Both the position numbers and the translations under genes were made by a program. A stretch of DNA of 64,000 bases from Haliotis rubra (Eukaryota): positions 1,984,001-2,048,000 of the forward strand of contig NW_025767401.1 of the NCBI RefSeq assembly GCF_003918875.1, written 5' to 3'. Numbering within the stretch: the stretch's first letter is position 1; every line of letters starts with the position of its first letter. The notes under the pieces are model-generated. The model worked only from the letters and a program-made list of their open reading frames with translations. It did not search any database and was not told the DNA's origin. Shown here piece by piece: positions 63,653 to 64,000 of the stretch.

Positions 63653-63727
63653 CCATGAAAGTCCTACAGGAGTGTCGATGTTTAGTAGGTCTACAGCAAT
63701 GCCATCCCCATCATATACATTAATGAT
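63653..63727 (-). CDS. Secreted helical cytokine-like gene C, penultimate coding exon (predicted AB loop); 5' exons beyond right edge
   Basis: TTCTCAG acceptor, GTAAGT donor, 75 nt, phase 0/0: IINVYDGDGIAVDLLNIDTPVGLSW. Confidence 0.85.
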
Positions 63728-64000
63728 CTGAGAATGAAGAATATACATACAAGAACATTCAATTAGTAAATTAATGAATCTTGATGCAATATCATTATAA
63801 ATAGCGAAACAAGTGGAATATTAGTTAACCCATCTACAAACTGTATTATGATGAAGCACTAATACAACATTTATAAATAAAGCTATAACGTGTTTGGGTT
63901 CAAATGAGAATGATGAATGATTAAATATTTCGAAATAGGGATAAGTGAACAAAACATAAATAAGACACATGGTCCTGAAACCCCTGACCCAACAGGATCT

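Overview
AT-rich, intron-rich animal DNA. The SINE repertoire looks like that of a gastropod mollusc, probably abalone (Haliotis); this is inferred from recall, not from a search. Left two-thirds: the first seven coding exons (~603 aa) of a FAM184A/B coiled-coil gene on the minus strand (ATG at 39978), continuing off the left edge. The last exon of an FMRFamide/sex-peptide-receptor-like class A GPCR (3780-4575, + strand) lies antisense in its apparent intron. Right third: a cluster of three paralogous, spliced, cysteine-patterned genes that the ORF track shows only as fragments. Gene A is 47535-49779 (+, 218 aa), gene B is 55035-57260 (-, 200 aa), and gene C is 63217-63727 (-, partial). A and B have signal peptides. 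Four predicted amphipathic helices, a 7-nt first coding exon and 1-0-0 intron phases bracketing the AB loop match the architecture of long-chain class I helical cytokines (IL-6/LIF/Unpaired type). This candidate molluscan cytokine cluster is the main finding. The rest is transposon-derived: three SINE families, LINE 3' ends, Tc1 remnants, MITEs, a Penelope-like foldback, a 167-bp satellite array and minisatellites. There are also two N gaps.
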